From positions 46,004,001 to 46,068,000 of the forward strand of contig OX597818.1 in assembly GCA_951406725.2 (NCBI GenBank): a DNA stretch of 64,000 bases, written 5' to 3'. The translations under genes and the position numbers were made by a program. This stretch comes from Octopus vulgaris. Lineage: Eukaryota. The notes beneath the pieces are model-generated. The model was not told the DNA's origin. It ran no database searches and worked only from the letters and a program-made list of their open reading frames with translations. Shown here piece after piece: positions 50,819 through 63,827 of this stretch; the first letter of the stretch is position 1, and every line of letters starts with the position of its first letter.

Positions 50819-52362
50819 TATAATACTTTTAATTATATTATAATCATTTTCACGTTTTCTGCTTAAAAGATCCCAAACACGATGTAGCACATGCTCGTGA
50901 GTGTGTCTCGGCCGACTGTTCAAGTAGACAATACTGCTGGTGTATATAATGATGAAGATGCTGGTGGAAACAAGCAAGTTCTAGCGATTAGTGATTTACA
51001 TTCCTTATCAAACGTGTATTAGTTGTAATATGTTTTCTGGCGACTTGCTTGGGACTTGGATAGTTGAATACGATGTTGGCGTTTATTTGTTATTTTACCC
51101 GCATAGCCTATCATTTCTCTTTCGCCCTAATGGCATGACAGAGTGTATAGGCTGTCATTTCAAGCTATGATTTACGGAGAATTTATTTGGAAATTATGAC
51201 CATACAATAAAATTTTGAAGGAAATCGAATGATTGTTTTCGAATATGTGATGTGTGTAAGGCGGCGAACTGGTAAAATTGTTGGCACGCCGGGCAAAATG
51301 CTTGGCGGTATTTTGTCCGTCTTTACGTCCGGAGTTCAAATACTGTCGAGGTAACTTTGTATTTCATCCTTTCAGGGTCGTTAAAATAATTATCAATCGA
51401 GGACTGGGATCGATGTAATTGACTTACCGCCTTCTCCGGAAATGCTGGCCTAATGCCAAAGAATTTGAAACCAATGTGATGCATGTGCAGTAGCGGAGCC
51501 GGCCGTCCGGTCGACCCTTGTAGCAGTACTCGAAGGTAGTATTTGAAACCAAGTCAATTCATTAACGAGGAAATATCACGGCATATCAGTTTCCACATTT
51601 AGTAACGACGGTCCTTTTCAAGTGATTTTGGTCCATATTTCAACCAATCGATGTTATAGCGTATTTGTGTGGTAAGAATAAAGGAAAATTTCATGCAAAT
51701 TCACGTCAAATCATGGTTATAAATTGAGATGCGAGGGGAAATACAACGCAAAGGAACATGAGAACTCATAGAGGATTACTAGGTTAGCTGGTAGCTATGC
51801 CGCTCAATCTCGTGTAAAAAAGATTCCTTCTCGCGAAGATACATTCTCACACACAAACTACTGATATTCAGCATAACAGTTTTCTGTTAGGTATTGTAAT
51901 ATCAATCTGTAAATAAACTTATTAAAATCTAAATATTGTGGTTGGTTCTATTTGGGAGCTGCAAGCCGCCAGACCAGATAATCCAGCTCCCAGTTCACCA
52001 ATACTCACTTTTATGAGGGCAGCGCTTTTGATTTTGGATCTGCTGGATAAGTCTGAAGTTTCCATAGGGGCGGAAGGCAAATTCAAGGATTGCTCTGGGC
52101 GGTACACGCTCTAGTTATGCCACTGTGCCTATGGTAATAAAATGAGTGAATCAATGCAAGGTCGAGGGGATGGTAGGCGTTGGCGATGCCATTGCAAAAA
52201 TTATTGCAAAGAAATATCCATCAGAAAGAATATTCGGCTCGGAAACAGTAAAGTGAAATTGAAAGGAATAATTCAAGTATTCATAGGAAAACGTTATTTT
52301 ATTATGCTTCATTTTAAAATGCAGAATAATAACGAAGCAGCGTTGAATATTATTTAATATTA

Positions 52363-52745
52363 TCTTTATATATAAAAGAGAGGTTGTGTGTCTGTCTCCT
52401 ACGATTTAGATTCCTAACTACTCCCACATTTTGCGGTGCAGTTTAACCAAAAGCGGGTATCTTATAGTCGTGATTCATATCGAGCCCTTCTGGGTATTAG
52501 CGCGCGTCTACGATGAGTCTACGATTTTAAAAATAATTACCATCATTTTTTTCCATTTTAATGCATTTTTTGCTATTATATAAGGGAAGTAACTCTCTAA
52601 AAATGTCAACGATTTAAAAAAAATTTACCATCATTTTTTTCCATTTTCAATGCATTTTTTTGCTATTTTTTGGCTATAACTCTCTAAAAATGCTTATATA
52701 GTTATTTCCCTTACAAACCCGAGCAACGCCGAGCGATACTGCTAG
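52363..52745 (+). mobile_element. Non-autonomous Helitron
   Basis: A|TCTTTATATATAAAA 5' end; imperfect GC-rich subterminal hairpin near 52718-52735 followed by CTAG|T; internal tandem duplication. Confidence 0.85.
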
Positions 52746-53119
52746 TATACAATAAAATGAAAGCTAAACTGGCTCTATTGAAGGCTTTAGTATTACAATT
52801 TAGTTTTAATGTATACCATTTCAAAACATTATGCAATCCTACTTCAGTCTTTTTTGAAAATATTTCACCATTATCGTTTCTGAGTTTGGCACGATTTGGA
52901 AATGAATTTTAAACAAATTATTCTTGAAATCGATACCACCTATTAGAGAATCCAAGAAATTGTGAACTGTGCCAAGAATCTATGCATTTTGTTGCCGTTT
53001 TCTCTAAGTATCCAAGAGACTTAAAGAAATTGATTTGTCGGCATAACTGAAGATGCGTTCTCCCACTCCGACTTCGTTTCCTTATAACTCTCTGAAAAAA
53101 AAAGAAAAAAAAAGAAAAT

Positions 53120-53304
53120 ACTCTTTTACTGGTTTCAGTCATTTGACTGTGGCCATGCTGGATCACCGCCTTTAGTCGAGCAAATCGACGCCAGGACTTA
53201 TTCTTTGTAAGCGTAGTACTTATTCAATCGGTCTCTTTTGCTGAACCGCTAAGTTACGGGGACGTAAACACACCAGCATCAGTTGTCAAGCGATGTTGGG
53301 GGGA

Positions 53305-53385
<81 letters not shown>

Positions 53386-53542
53386 GACGGGCTTTTTTCA
53401 GTTTCCGTCTACCAAATCCACTCACAAGACTTTGGTCGGCCCGAGGCTATAGTAGAAGACACTTGCCCAAGGTGCCACGCAGTGGGATTGAACTCGGAAC
53501 CATGTGGTTCGTGAGAAAGCTACTTACCACACAGCCACTCCT
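53120..53542 (-). mobile_element. SINE family A, full-length copy
   Basis: Co-linear with the other copies. Confidence 0.9.
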
Positions 53543-54062
53543 ACAACAATTATGTTTCAGGTGGTACGTATTAAAAATAGATCGGAATTTGATGTGCATA
53601 AACGACATCAAAGCGTATTATTCTGACATAATCGTAATCTGCACCCTCTGAAACTTACATTATACTTAAAAATTTTCATTTTCCAAAAAGTTGTGAAGAA
53701 ATCAACTGAGGTGTGCAAATTATCCGAAACTCCTCTCTTCAACCCTGAAAAAAATTTCACAACAAATTCCGATATAACCCTAATCTATACCATCAAAAAG
53801 TATCACCGTAAAACTTCATTAAAAAATATATTCCAGTTTTCAAAAGATTATGAAGAAAAAGTTGGGAACGATCGCAGGGGCACACATCTGCAGTTATACC
53901 AAATTGTCGGCGGTGTAAGAAGGAAAAGTCTGTGTATAAAAACATCCTTTTCCTCAACTTTATGACCAGTTACATAAATACAAGGGAGAGGATATCGTGA
54001 ATTTAGCACCTATCTAGATGAAAGTAAAATAGTTTTTTTTTTTTCAATTTTCTAAAAGCTTT

Positions 54063-54462
54063 GGATCTTTTCGGTTTGAACGGCAGTTTTTTTAGCGGTG
54101 TCATATGAAATTGTCACTCATAATTATGACCCTAGTATCGATCTATTGCATTTCAATCTGTTTTAGAGTTAGGGTATCTTTTTTTTTCCTTCAGAAATGT
54201 AAATAAACCCAATCTGTTTCTTAAACGAGGGACATATTCATACGGCACAGAATATTTTCATCTCAATAGACGTCATTGATTGGTTGAAATTACCAAAATT
54301 GAAGAAAATATTTTACAAATATTTTACAAACTATAGAATTTTCTCAATAAAGCCAAGAGAAAAAGATGTTTTATAAACACATTCTACCAGTATACGAAGT
54401 CTAAAAGTGTTTAGTTACGTGGAAATTATTTTTAAAAACTGCCGTTCAAACCGAAAAGATCC
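54063..54462. mobile_element. MITE with GG termini and an 8-bp TSD (Merlin-like)
   Basis: TIR GGATCTTTTCGGTTTGAACGGCAGTTTTT; TSD AAAGCTTT (54055-54062 / 54463-54470). Confidence 0.9.
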
Positions 54463-55372
54463 AAAGCTTTTACTTCTGTCAGGGTTTTCTGCTTTTCAAC
54501 AGCTTTTATTTTATTTGTTTAGAATTCCCCATCTCGGCCTACAAGAGTGTGTGTGTGCGTGTGTGTATACATGCATTTGTATGTGTATGTGCAGTCTGAT
54601 GATGACTTAGCTGGCCGAATCTACGAAGTCACTATTAATACTATTCTTGTTAAAGAATAATAAATTTGTACTCGATCAAAATTCTTCAGTTTAATTCAAG
54701 GTTGTTATAACATAAAAGTACACACACACGCACATACATACATACATGCATACATGCGTGCATGCATGCATGCATACATGCATGCATGCATGCATACATA
54801 CTTACATACATACATACATATTCTTTTGTTTCAGTCATTTGACTGCGGCCATGCTGGAATATTGCCTTGAGGGGTATTAGTCGAACAAATCGACCCCGGA
54901 CATATTTTTTAAAGCCTAGTAGTTATTATATCAGTCTTTTTTGCTGAATCGCTGTGTTACAGGGATGTAAGCACACCAACACCGGTTGTCAAGTGGTGAT
55001 TGTGGGACAAACACAGAGAAAATGTCATATAGATACATACATATATACGACGGGTTTCTTTCAGTTTCCGCCTACCAAATCCACTCACGAGGTTTTGGTC
55101 GGCCCGAGGCTATAGCAGAAGACACTTGCCCAATGTGCCACGCAGTGGGACTGAACCCGGAACCGTGTGGTTGTGAAGCAAGCTTCTATCAATACAATAA
55201 TAATGCTTAGGCGGACAAAATCGCAAGTGCATCAAAGAATTTAGCGGCCTTTCGTTTGGCTTTTTACGTTTTCTTTAATGTTTTTTTATTTGTTTTTTTT
55301 TTATTACTAGCAATATAACCCTCCCGAGATACAACAAAATTTGTTTCAATACATGATTTCACATCACGAATC

Positions 55373-55705
55373 GGGGGGCTAACGCAGAATTGCACCTCTC
55401 CTTGAAAAATGCATTTTTATTAAAAAACCTTTTTCGGATTCCTACGTTTTAGATGTCGGAGATTACGAATATGTAAAAAAGAAAAACACCTTTTCAAATT
55501 TCACTTTGCAAAAGGTGGTTAAAAAAAAGTATTTCGAAAAGAGTTCAAAATTTTTAATTGGGGGATGGAGAGGTGGGGTGAAATTTGAAAAGGGTTTTTT
55601 TTTGTGTGTATTCGGAATCTCCGACATCTAAAACGTAGGTATCCGAAAAATTTTTTTCAAAAAAATGCATTTTTCAAGGAGAGTTGCGATTCTGCATTAG
55701 CCTCC
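55373..55705. mobile_element. Fold-back MITE with GG termini
   Basis: Long TIRs (ggctaacgcagaattgca-ctctccttgaaaaatgcattttt...ttttagatgtcggagatt); both flanks contain ACGAATC. Confidence 0.85.
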
Positions 55706-56193
55706 AACGAATCTTTCAAACCAACTACGGAAACAAAACTAGTTAAATGACTTACAGATTATATTTATGTTGTACATTGTCAAAATAACTTGAAAACTTT
55801 TGCTGACATTCGAATTTTCAAAAAGAATGCGTAGGCTGTATGTTAATATAATACATGTAACCCGTAGAGTTTACAGAGATTTCGTGATCATGAGTAATAA
55901 GCGCAGGCGTGACTGTGTGGGAAGAAGTTTGCTTCCAAAGCCCATCGTTCTGAGTTCAGTCTCACTGCGTGACACCTTGGGTAAGTTTTTTTTTTTCAGC
56001 CATAACTTCGGGACGACCAAAACCTTCTTAGTGAGTTTTGTTAGACGGAAACTGAAAGAAGCACGTCGTGTACATATTTAGTGCAAGTGGTTATTTGGCA
56101 AAAAAAGAAAAAAGGTTTACCCCGAAATATAACAACACACTCACACACACAGCTATCTATCTATCGATTGATCGATCAATCGATAGATATATG

Positions 56194-56522
56194 GGTGCTA
56201 CTTTGATATGCGATCTATGTATCATGAAACTGCTTTGGTATGCAATCTACACTTTATATTATGATCTACAAAAAAAGTTATACTTACGAAGAACAGCTTT
56301 TCTAGCTGATGTTCGTTCGATTCACCGATAAAATTAGTAAACTTGTTTCAAATTTGTTTCATTCTAATTTTTTAAAATAAATGTATAAAAATACAAGAAT
56401 GTTTTATTTAAGCCATAATAAATAAATAAATAAATAAATGAAACATGTAGATCGCATACTAAACTAGAATTTGACTCTTGTAGATCACGTTGGTTACGTA
56501 GACCGCATACCAAAGTAGCACC
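56194..56522. mobile_element. MITE with GG termini inserted in a family A SINE
   Basis: TIR GGTGCTACTTTG(A/G)TATGCG(A/G)TCTA; flanks GATATATG / GATAGATG. Confidence 0.8.
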
Positions 56523-56732
56523 GATAGATGTGTGTGTGTGTCCACCACCGCTTGACAACCGTTTTTGGTGGGTTTATGTTGCCGTAGTTTAGCAGTTCAG
56601 CATAAGACACCGATAGAATAAGTACCAGGTATTTAAAAAAAATAAGTACTTGAATCAATTCGTTTGACTAAATTCTTCGAGGCAGTGCTCCAGCGTGGCC
56701 ACAGTTTAATGACTGAAACAAGTAACAAAAAA

Positions 56733-57532
56733 GGCGAAGTTTCGCATGTCGTAGCACAGATTTCCGTCGATTTCCGTAAAAAACTTTTATTTTTTTACAT
56801 AAGTAATGAGAGCGAAAGAGACTAAGAGGAAGCGATTTTATGACGAGAAGGTTTCACTTTGAAATCGGCCTGTGTGCGTTTGATGGGGTGTGGGAGACAG
56901 ACAGTATGTTGTGTAAGTGAAGTGCTTCTGTTAGTGTGTGCGAAGAGACAGAGAGAGTAATGTGTGAAAGAGAGAGATAACTGATTTTTTACTCGGTGTA
57001 TGTGTATATGTATGTCTGCATGTATGTGTGTTTGTGTATGTATCTATGTATGTGTATGTATGTGTGTATGTATGTATGTATGGTCGATTCAGTGTAATTT
57101 TTTACTCGGTGTATGTGTATATGTATGTCTGCATGTATGTGTGTGTGTGTATGTATCTATGTGTGTGTGTGTGTGTGTAAGTATGTGTGTGTATGTATGT
57201 ATGTATGTGTGTGTGTGTGTGTATGTATCTATGTATGTGTGTGTGTGTGTGTGTATATGTATGTATGGCCGATTCATCGTAATTTTTTACTCGGTGTATG
57301 TGTATATGTATGTCTGTCTCTTCGCACACACTAACAGAAGCACTTCACTTACACAACATACTGTCTGTCTCCCACACCCCATCAAACACACACAGGCCGA
57401 CTTCAAAGTGAAACCTTCTCGTCGTAAAATCGCTTCCTCTTAGTCTCTTTCGCTCTCATTACTTATGTAAAAAAATAAAAGTTTTTTACGGAAATCGACG
57501 GAAATCTGTGCTACTACAACCGAAACTATGCC
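56733..57532. mobile_element. Fold-back element with 220-bp TIRs and an 8-bp TSD
   Basis: Arms 56733-56952 and 57313-57532 are almost identical; GGC...GCC termini; TSD ACAAAAAA (56725-56732 / 57533-57540); the interior has three repeats of ttttactcggtgtatgtgtatatgtatgtctg plus TG microsatellite. Confidence 0.93.
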
Positions 57533-57681
57533 ACAAAAAACAAAACAATTCATGTTTTTTACGGTGGTTTTGATGATGGTGGTAGTGGTGGTGGTGGTGG
57601 TAAATGACTGCAAATCATTATTTTTTATTGAACAAAAATTTATATTTAAAAAAAAATGTTGCTGATTCCCCCATTTCCCGT

Positions 57682-57755
57682 GGGGAATTAGCTCAGGCGG
57701 TAGAGCGCTCGCTTTTTGTGCGAGAGGTACCGGAGATCGATACCCAAATTCTCCA
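57682..57755 (+). pseudogene. tRNA-Ala-derived gene or pseudogene with anticodon loop TTTTTGT
   Basis: GGGGAATTAGCTCAGGCGGTAGAGCGCTCGC-TTTTTGT-GCGAGAGGTA...ATTCTCCA; intact acceptor stem with G3:U70, intact D and anticodon stems, disrupted T stem. Confidence 0.75.
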
Positions 57756-58544
57756 CTCTGTTGAATCATTTTCTGATTTCTTTTATGCGAAAACTAAACC
57801 TGGGCAATCTTTCATATTTTTTTAACATTTAAAACGTAACTATTACTTTTACGTTTATTTATTGTTGGTAGTGGTGATCGTGATCGTGCCATCTAGAGTC
57901 ATGGGTATTCTGGGTAGTTACCTGAGGAACGCACAGGTCTGGGGAGCCAGTGTTGTGGATACGTTTACAATCCCATTCTCGAAAGGTGTGGGTAGGAAGT
58001 AATGCTACTTATAAGTCGGCCTTGGTTGGCGACAGTGGACGCATTCTTTTGGCTTGAGTTCCTAGTGATAACGACAGTGAATTCTTGGTGGTGACCTTTC
58101 TTTATTGTTTAGAGTGGTGGTGACGACATTTGTTAAGGCGGTGACGACTGTAGTTGTTTGTAGTATGTGTGTGTGTATGGAGAGGGTAACAGGCGATGAC
58201 ACTGATCTTTATCATGTGCTTTTCTTGCTTTTGTTAACTTTTCACTATAGAGATTTTTATGAAAACTCACCGTCTTAGTTGACGAAAGATATTGATGTCA
58301 ATGACCGGCGTACCACAGTTCGGCTTCGAAGGGTAGGGAAGGAAAGTTATGAAACAGTCGATAAGTTTACTAAATGCCTAAATGCTTTTGTATTTATTCC
58401 TGTTTATTTTTATGATATAACTTCATTTGTGAAATATTTCCAAATGTCGGAGTTGAGCAATTTAACATCAAAGACATATCAATTCATTTCGTTTTGGGAT
58501 TTGGTTTGCAAGATTCTTTATATGAGTTCGTGTGTTGACGCATA

Positions 58545-58664
58545 TTCTGTTGTGTCTGGGGAGAGTCATTTTCTTTTTGTGCCTTTTAATGTAACACACT
58601 CACCGGTGAGTGTGTTAAATTACAAAGCACAAAAAGAAAATGACTCTCCCCAGACACAACAGAA
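58545..58664. repeat. Spacer-less palindrome with 60-bp arms centred on ACCGGT
   Basis: Arms 58545-58604 and 58605-58664; the same repeat occurs without the fold-back at about 44880-45060. Confidence 0.9.
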
Positions 58665-59013
58665 CATATCCATTCACTTAGGTCATTATTAAATGTACAA
58701 ACCGTTTTCACAATATGCAAACTGGTTTTATGAAAATGTCCTTCATTTGTTCAGTGTTGCAGAATGCAGTGCTGCAGAAAAGGGAAAGTGTTTGGAAGAA
58801 TTCCATGTGGAATTTTTTTTTTAATATTTAATTTATATAATTTTTTTGTTATCTAAATAATTTCTTCAATGAGACAAATTTAGATCTATTCCCTAAAAGG
58901 GGCCTAGAGAGATTTTTAAAGAAATGTTTTATTGATTTATGAGTGAATAACTATGTCAAGATATTATTATTTAGAGCTAGTTGTGTAAATCTATTTATCT
59001 ACTTCCATACAGT

Positions 59014-60236
59014 CAGTGGTGGGCACAGCTAACCAAAAAGTTATCTTCGCTAACCGCTAAACCGCTAGCTTTTATTATATGAATTTAGTTTCGGTATGGT
59101 TTTTTGGCTCTAAAAAACCCCCGAAACAGACCTAGAGAGCTGAAATTTTCATGTTGTAGCTTAGACATAAAGCTTTTCAAAAAGGTATAGCATGCCAAGA
59201 TCAGATGGTGATCAAGGTGTACGCAAATAATTAAATGAACAAATGAAATTAAACATTAGTTTTTCAGTCAACACACTTTATTTACAGCACAGAAAGTATT
59301 AAATGAATCAAAAAGATAATGTATAAGATAGGTATCATGCCACGATCTTATGATGATCAAGGTGTACTATTCTGGTTGGACCTTCTCCATCGCATCGACG
59401 TGATGCTGGTTGCCCTTCATAAGCATCGGCCTCTCAATGTTACCATCTGACAGGGTGGCTCTCAAAATATCATTGCTTATCGAAAATAGGCGCTCGACTG
59501 CAGCATTGGATGGGATGACGGTGTTATATTTGGTGTACAGGTCGATCAAGACCTGCTCACCTAAAAAGGCGACTTCAGTCAGGACAGCCTTCGAGACGGC
59601 CTCCAGCCAGGCCTTCACCAAGTTCTATGCCTTGGATTTCAGTGGCCTATGGCTCCTGCTCTCCCGGAACCGAGTGATGTTGATGAAGAAATCATCTTCC
59701 TCGTCTTCATTGCTGGTAGTGCTGCTGCCCTCCTCATTGGTCTCCATTAGGGCTGTCTCTATGACGGTCTCCATGGCGTTCGTTACTCTGCTAACTTGGC
59801 AGTTATCAAACTACTCCAGCCAGAACAGGCGAAACTTGTGGTGGAAGGCAGCGGCCAGCTGGCACTTCAGGTCTTCTAGGAGGAGCCCAAACCTTTTCGT
59901 GATGTCTGTCAGTATCGCGTCTACCAAAGGACTGCAGTACGGGAGATGTTTGAACGTGGCCTCCTTCAACTTTATGACGGTAGCCACTACAGTTGACAGA
60001 AAGCTCTCAAGATAGGCCTGGTCCACCCGCTGGATTTTATCAATGGCTTTGTTCGTCGTGGTCTTGGTCACCTTGTCTTGCAGATGGAACTTGTATTGGG
60101 TGTCCACCATGACTCGGGTGAGAACATCAAAGGTGTGATTTCCTGCGATCCAGTGTGCCGTCATCCCTAGGTAGGATCTGTTGTGGGCCGACCAACAGTC
60201 CGCGGTGGTCGCCACCCAGGGGATATCCTTGAGCAA
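59014..60236 (-). mobile_element. hAT transposon remnant
   Basis: WVATTADCWSAHNRSYLGMTAHWI (first catalytic D region) and LYTKYNTVIPSNAAVERLFS...RATLSD (dimerisation domain); terminus CAGTGGTGGGCA at 59014. Confidence 0.88.
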
Positions 60237-60619
60237 TCGGTAATTTTAAAAACGTTAAATTGTAAAGAGACATAAGCTGTAAACTTAAAAACTTAGAATT
60301 ATATATGTGTGTGTGCGCACACACGCATACCCATAAATACATGCATATACGCATGCATGTGCGCACATATACACACATGCATGCACACGTACGCATACAT
60401 ACACGACCCCCCCTACATATATACATATACATCCGCATACGTACACATATGCATGCCCATATGTATAGTATTAAACAATTAAAATATGATTGGAGAGTTA
60501 AAAAATTAATGGAAAGCCAAATAGGGTTGTTGGGGATTACCTAGGTGGTGTTCGGGATATGTGCTGTGTGGTTATTTAGGTTCCATTTAGATTTGTGGTA
60601 AAATTTGAAGGTATGGAAA

Positions 60620-62010
60620 AAGCGGTGCTTGCATGTACCTAGGGCCTCGTTATATCTATTTAGTAGTATTGAAGAGTTGTGTTTTAATATGTGGAATGCC
60701 TCTTTTAGGCATAACTTACAGGCTTAGCGTTGACCTTGGTATTACATTTATAAATTGCAATGGGTTTGTAGAGAGCAGATGGTCCCAGGACAGCAGTTAC
60801 AGGGTAGTGCATTGTGGGGATTATTCTCAGGTATGGACGGGGTAATACTGTCAGAGGAGAGGTTGGAGATGGGAATAGATTGGTCTATGATATTAATATT
60901 ATTTTTACTACTATCATTACTATTTCTATCGTTGCTGTTATTTACCCTATCTGTAATAGTGGCGGAAGTTGTGGTAGTAGTATTCTGGTTAGTATTAGTG
61001 GGATTTGTAGGGTTTCTGTTGTGGACTAAAGTATAGGGTTCGATATTGGAGCTATGTATACGTTGGGCGTTCGTGTATTCAGAGTTGTTATAATGTAGGC
61101 TTTGATAATAGAAAATTTTCGTTTATTAGAGGCTGTTATGAGAGACTCAAAGTTGGGCGGGGAGGAGTAGGATAGCTTTAAGGTAGATCTATTAAAAATA
61201 GAGTAATATTTATGTTGACGAGGGAAGTCCAGTATATTAAAAAAGGATTTAGCTAAGTTCTTAACGTTTAGTGAGAAGGGGGTGTATACCATAGAATAGA
61301 GCGTCCCCCCCTTTTTTGTTGCTTAAGGATAGTGTTATCTATATTTTTAGAAATTAGAGGTGGCTAATATGGCCCGTTATTGTTAGCTGTTTTAGCTTTT
61401 GACCTTGTGTTATATGTGTGTGCGTGCGTGTGGGGGTCTATGTTGTCCTAATCTAGGTTCTTCCTGGGTTCTAGTATAGTGTATGTGTGGTGATTCTGGT
61501 GGTTGGCATGTCGTGATATGATTTGAGCCTAGTATTATTTGTTGGGAGAAGCCGCTGGCAGCGAGCGCTTGGTTGTAATATGGGACGTGGTTGTCGAATA
61601 TTTCCTCAGTGGATGAAAGGTCCGATTTACGAATTGAGATACCCTTAATTATATTATCAAAGGTGGATTTGTGGTGATTGGAATTAATGCTTAAGTACTT
61701 GAAGTATTGGTTAGGTTTGTTATATAGGGAGTATTGGGAGGTTTCTATATTTAAAGTTATGTCTAGAAAATTAATGGTTTGTAGGAATTTTCAAAATTAA
61801 TAGAGACATTGAAGCTAAAGAAAAAATTGTGTAGATCTTTACTAATTCGTTCTAAAGAAGGTTTATTTAAGCTGCTGGTGACTGGCAAGGTGTCATCTCT
61901 GTATAGGCCTCCCTTGATGTTTGGGAAATGTATTTGGAGCTGTTGGAGTATGCAAAGGCCGACGAAGTCGGTGACTTGGGCGGAGTCGGATGAACCCATA
62001 GTAATGTCAA
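60620..62010 (-). mobile_element. Penelope-like element remnant (RT, linker, GIY-YIG C-terminus)
   Basis: MGSSDSAQVTDFVGLCIL...GGLYRDD (PLE RT), FPRQHKYYSIFNRSTLKLSYS, and C-terminal LLNRYNEALGTCKHR. Confidence 0.85.
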
Positions 62011-62499
62011 ATAATTTGTTCTGGTTATTGTTATTGTGTTTTTTTCACTTCTTTACACTTTTTAATTTTCTCTTCTTGTTTTCATTTGCTCTTTCTTTCC
62101 TTCTTCTTTTCTCACCTTTTCCTTTGATCTTTCTCCTCATTTTAACATACACATCTCTTCTCCCCTCTCTATCCACTTAATACTACCACTGCATTCTCAA
62201 ATTTTCATTCACACCACAAGACCCCTTTGAATGAACAGCATATGGAATCTACGTCTCCACACTTTCCATTTGTGATGACGAAATATGAACTCCAATTAGA
62301 ATTTACATACCATGGACAGGAAGCATTTCTACCACTTCTACACACCACTTTCCTTGGATAATTGAACTGCAACTATAGCATTTTTATACATTTTTATTTT
62401 AATCTCTACATTCATTCTCCTATTTCCCTATATACTCCTGATTTGCTTCCTTTTCCAAAATAACTCCTCATATTGAACTCTATTTAACTATCTCACATT

Positions 62500-62547
62500 G
62501 TCTCTGATGAAGGGATATCCCTAATATCCCAGAAACAGCTGTAAGAT
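62500..62547 (+). ncRNA. Minimal type I hammerhead ribozyme motif with a palindromic stem III
   Basis: GTCT-CTGATGA-A-GGGATAT-CCCTA-ATATCCC-A-GAAA-CAGCT-GTA-AGAT; lies in probable pseudo-LTR sequence next to the Penelope RT remnant. Confidence 0.78.
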
Positions 62548-62692
62548 TAACTTTCTTTTTATAAATGTCCTGAAAATTTGACACAGCCTTGGCTTTGTTG
62601 TCTCATTTTATTTAACGCACATGCACGCACACACACACATATATATACATACATACATAATACACACACACATATATACATACATACATAAT

Positions 62693-62723
<31 letters not shown>

Positions 62724-62963
62724 CACACACACACATGCACATCTTTTATCTTTTACTTTTTTCAGTCATTAGACTGCGTCCATGCAAGGGCACTACCTTG
62801 GAGAACTTTTTAGTCAAAATGAATCGACCCCAGTACTTATTCTTTTAAGCCCAGTACTAATTCTATCAATCTCCTTTGCTGAACTGCTAAGTTATGAGGA
62901 CATAAATACACTAGCACTGGTTGTGAAGTGGTAGTAGGGGACAAACACATATACACACACACA

Positions 62964-63044
<81 letters not shown>

Positions 63045-63154
63045 GCACAGGCAAGGCTGTGTGACTGTGTGGCACCTTGGGCAAGTGTCTTGTACTATAG
63101 CCTCGAGCCAACCAAAACCTTGTGAGTGTATTTGGTAAGAAGCCTGTCATGTAT

Positions 63155-63235
<81 letters not shown>

Positions 63236-63827
63236 AGTCTTTGTGTCTGTGTTTGTCTCCCCACCACCACTTGACAACTGGTATTGGTATATTTGTGATC
63301 CTGTAACTTAGCAATTTGGCAAAGAGAGACTGATAGAATAAGTACAGGGTTTAAAATAGAAGTACTGGGGTCAATACATTCATTTGACTAAAAATTCAAG
63401 GCAGTGCCTCAGCATGGCCACAGTCTAATGATTGAAACAAGTAAAAGATAAAAGATATACATGACAAGCTTCTTTCAGTTTCCATCTACCAAGTCTCTCA
63501 CAAGACTTTGGTCACACTGGGGCTATAGTAAAAGACAGTTGCCCAAGGTGACACGCAGTGGGACTGAACCCAGAATCATGCGGTTAGGAAGCAAACTCCT
63601 TACCACACACTTCTTACATACGCCTAAATGCTTCATAAGTTGCTCAATATTTTAAACACAATTCATAGCATAGAATTTTTTCTTTGTTCCCTTTTATGTT
63701 AACCATATTGTATGGTTCCTTGTTAAGTAGAAATAACAATAAGAGTTGTTACAGTTTTTTAATTGTTGATAATGCATAGAAAATTATTCAAAGCTGCTCT
63801 TATGTTGCATACACTTTCTTTTCACAG

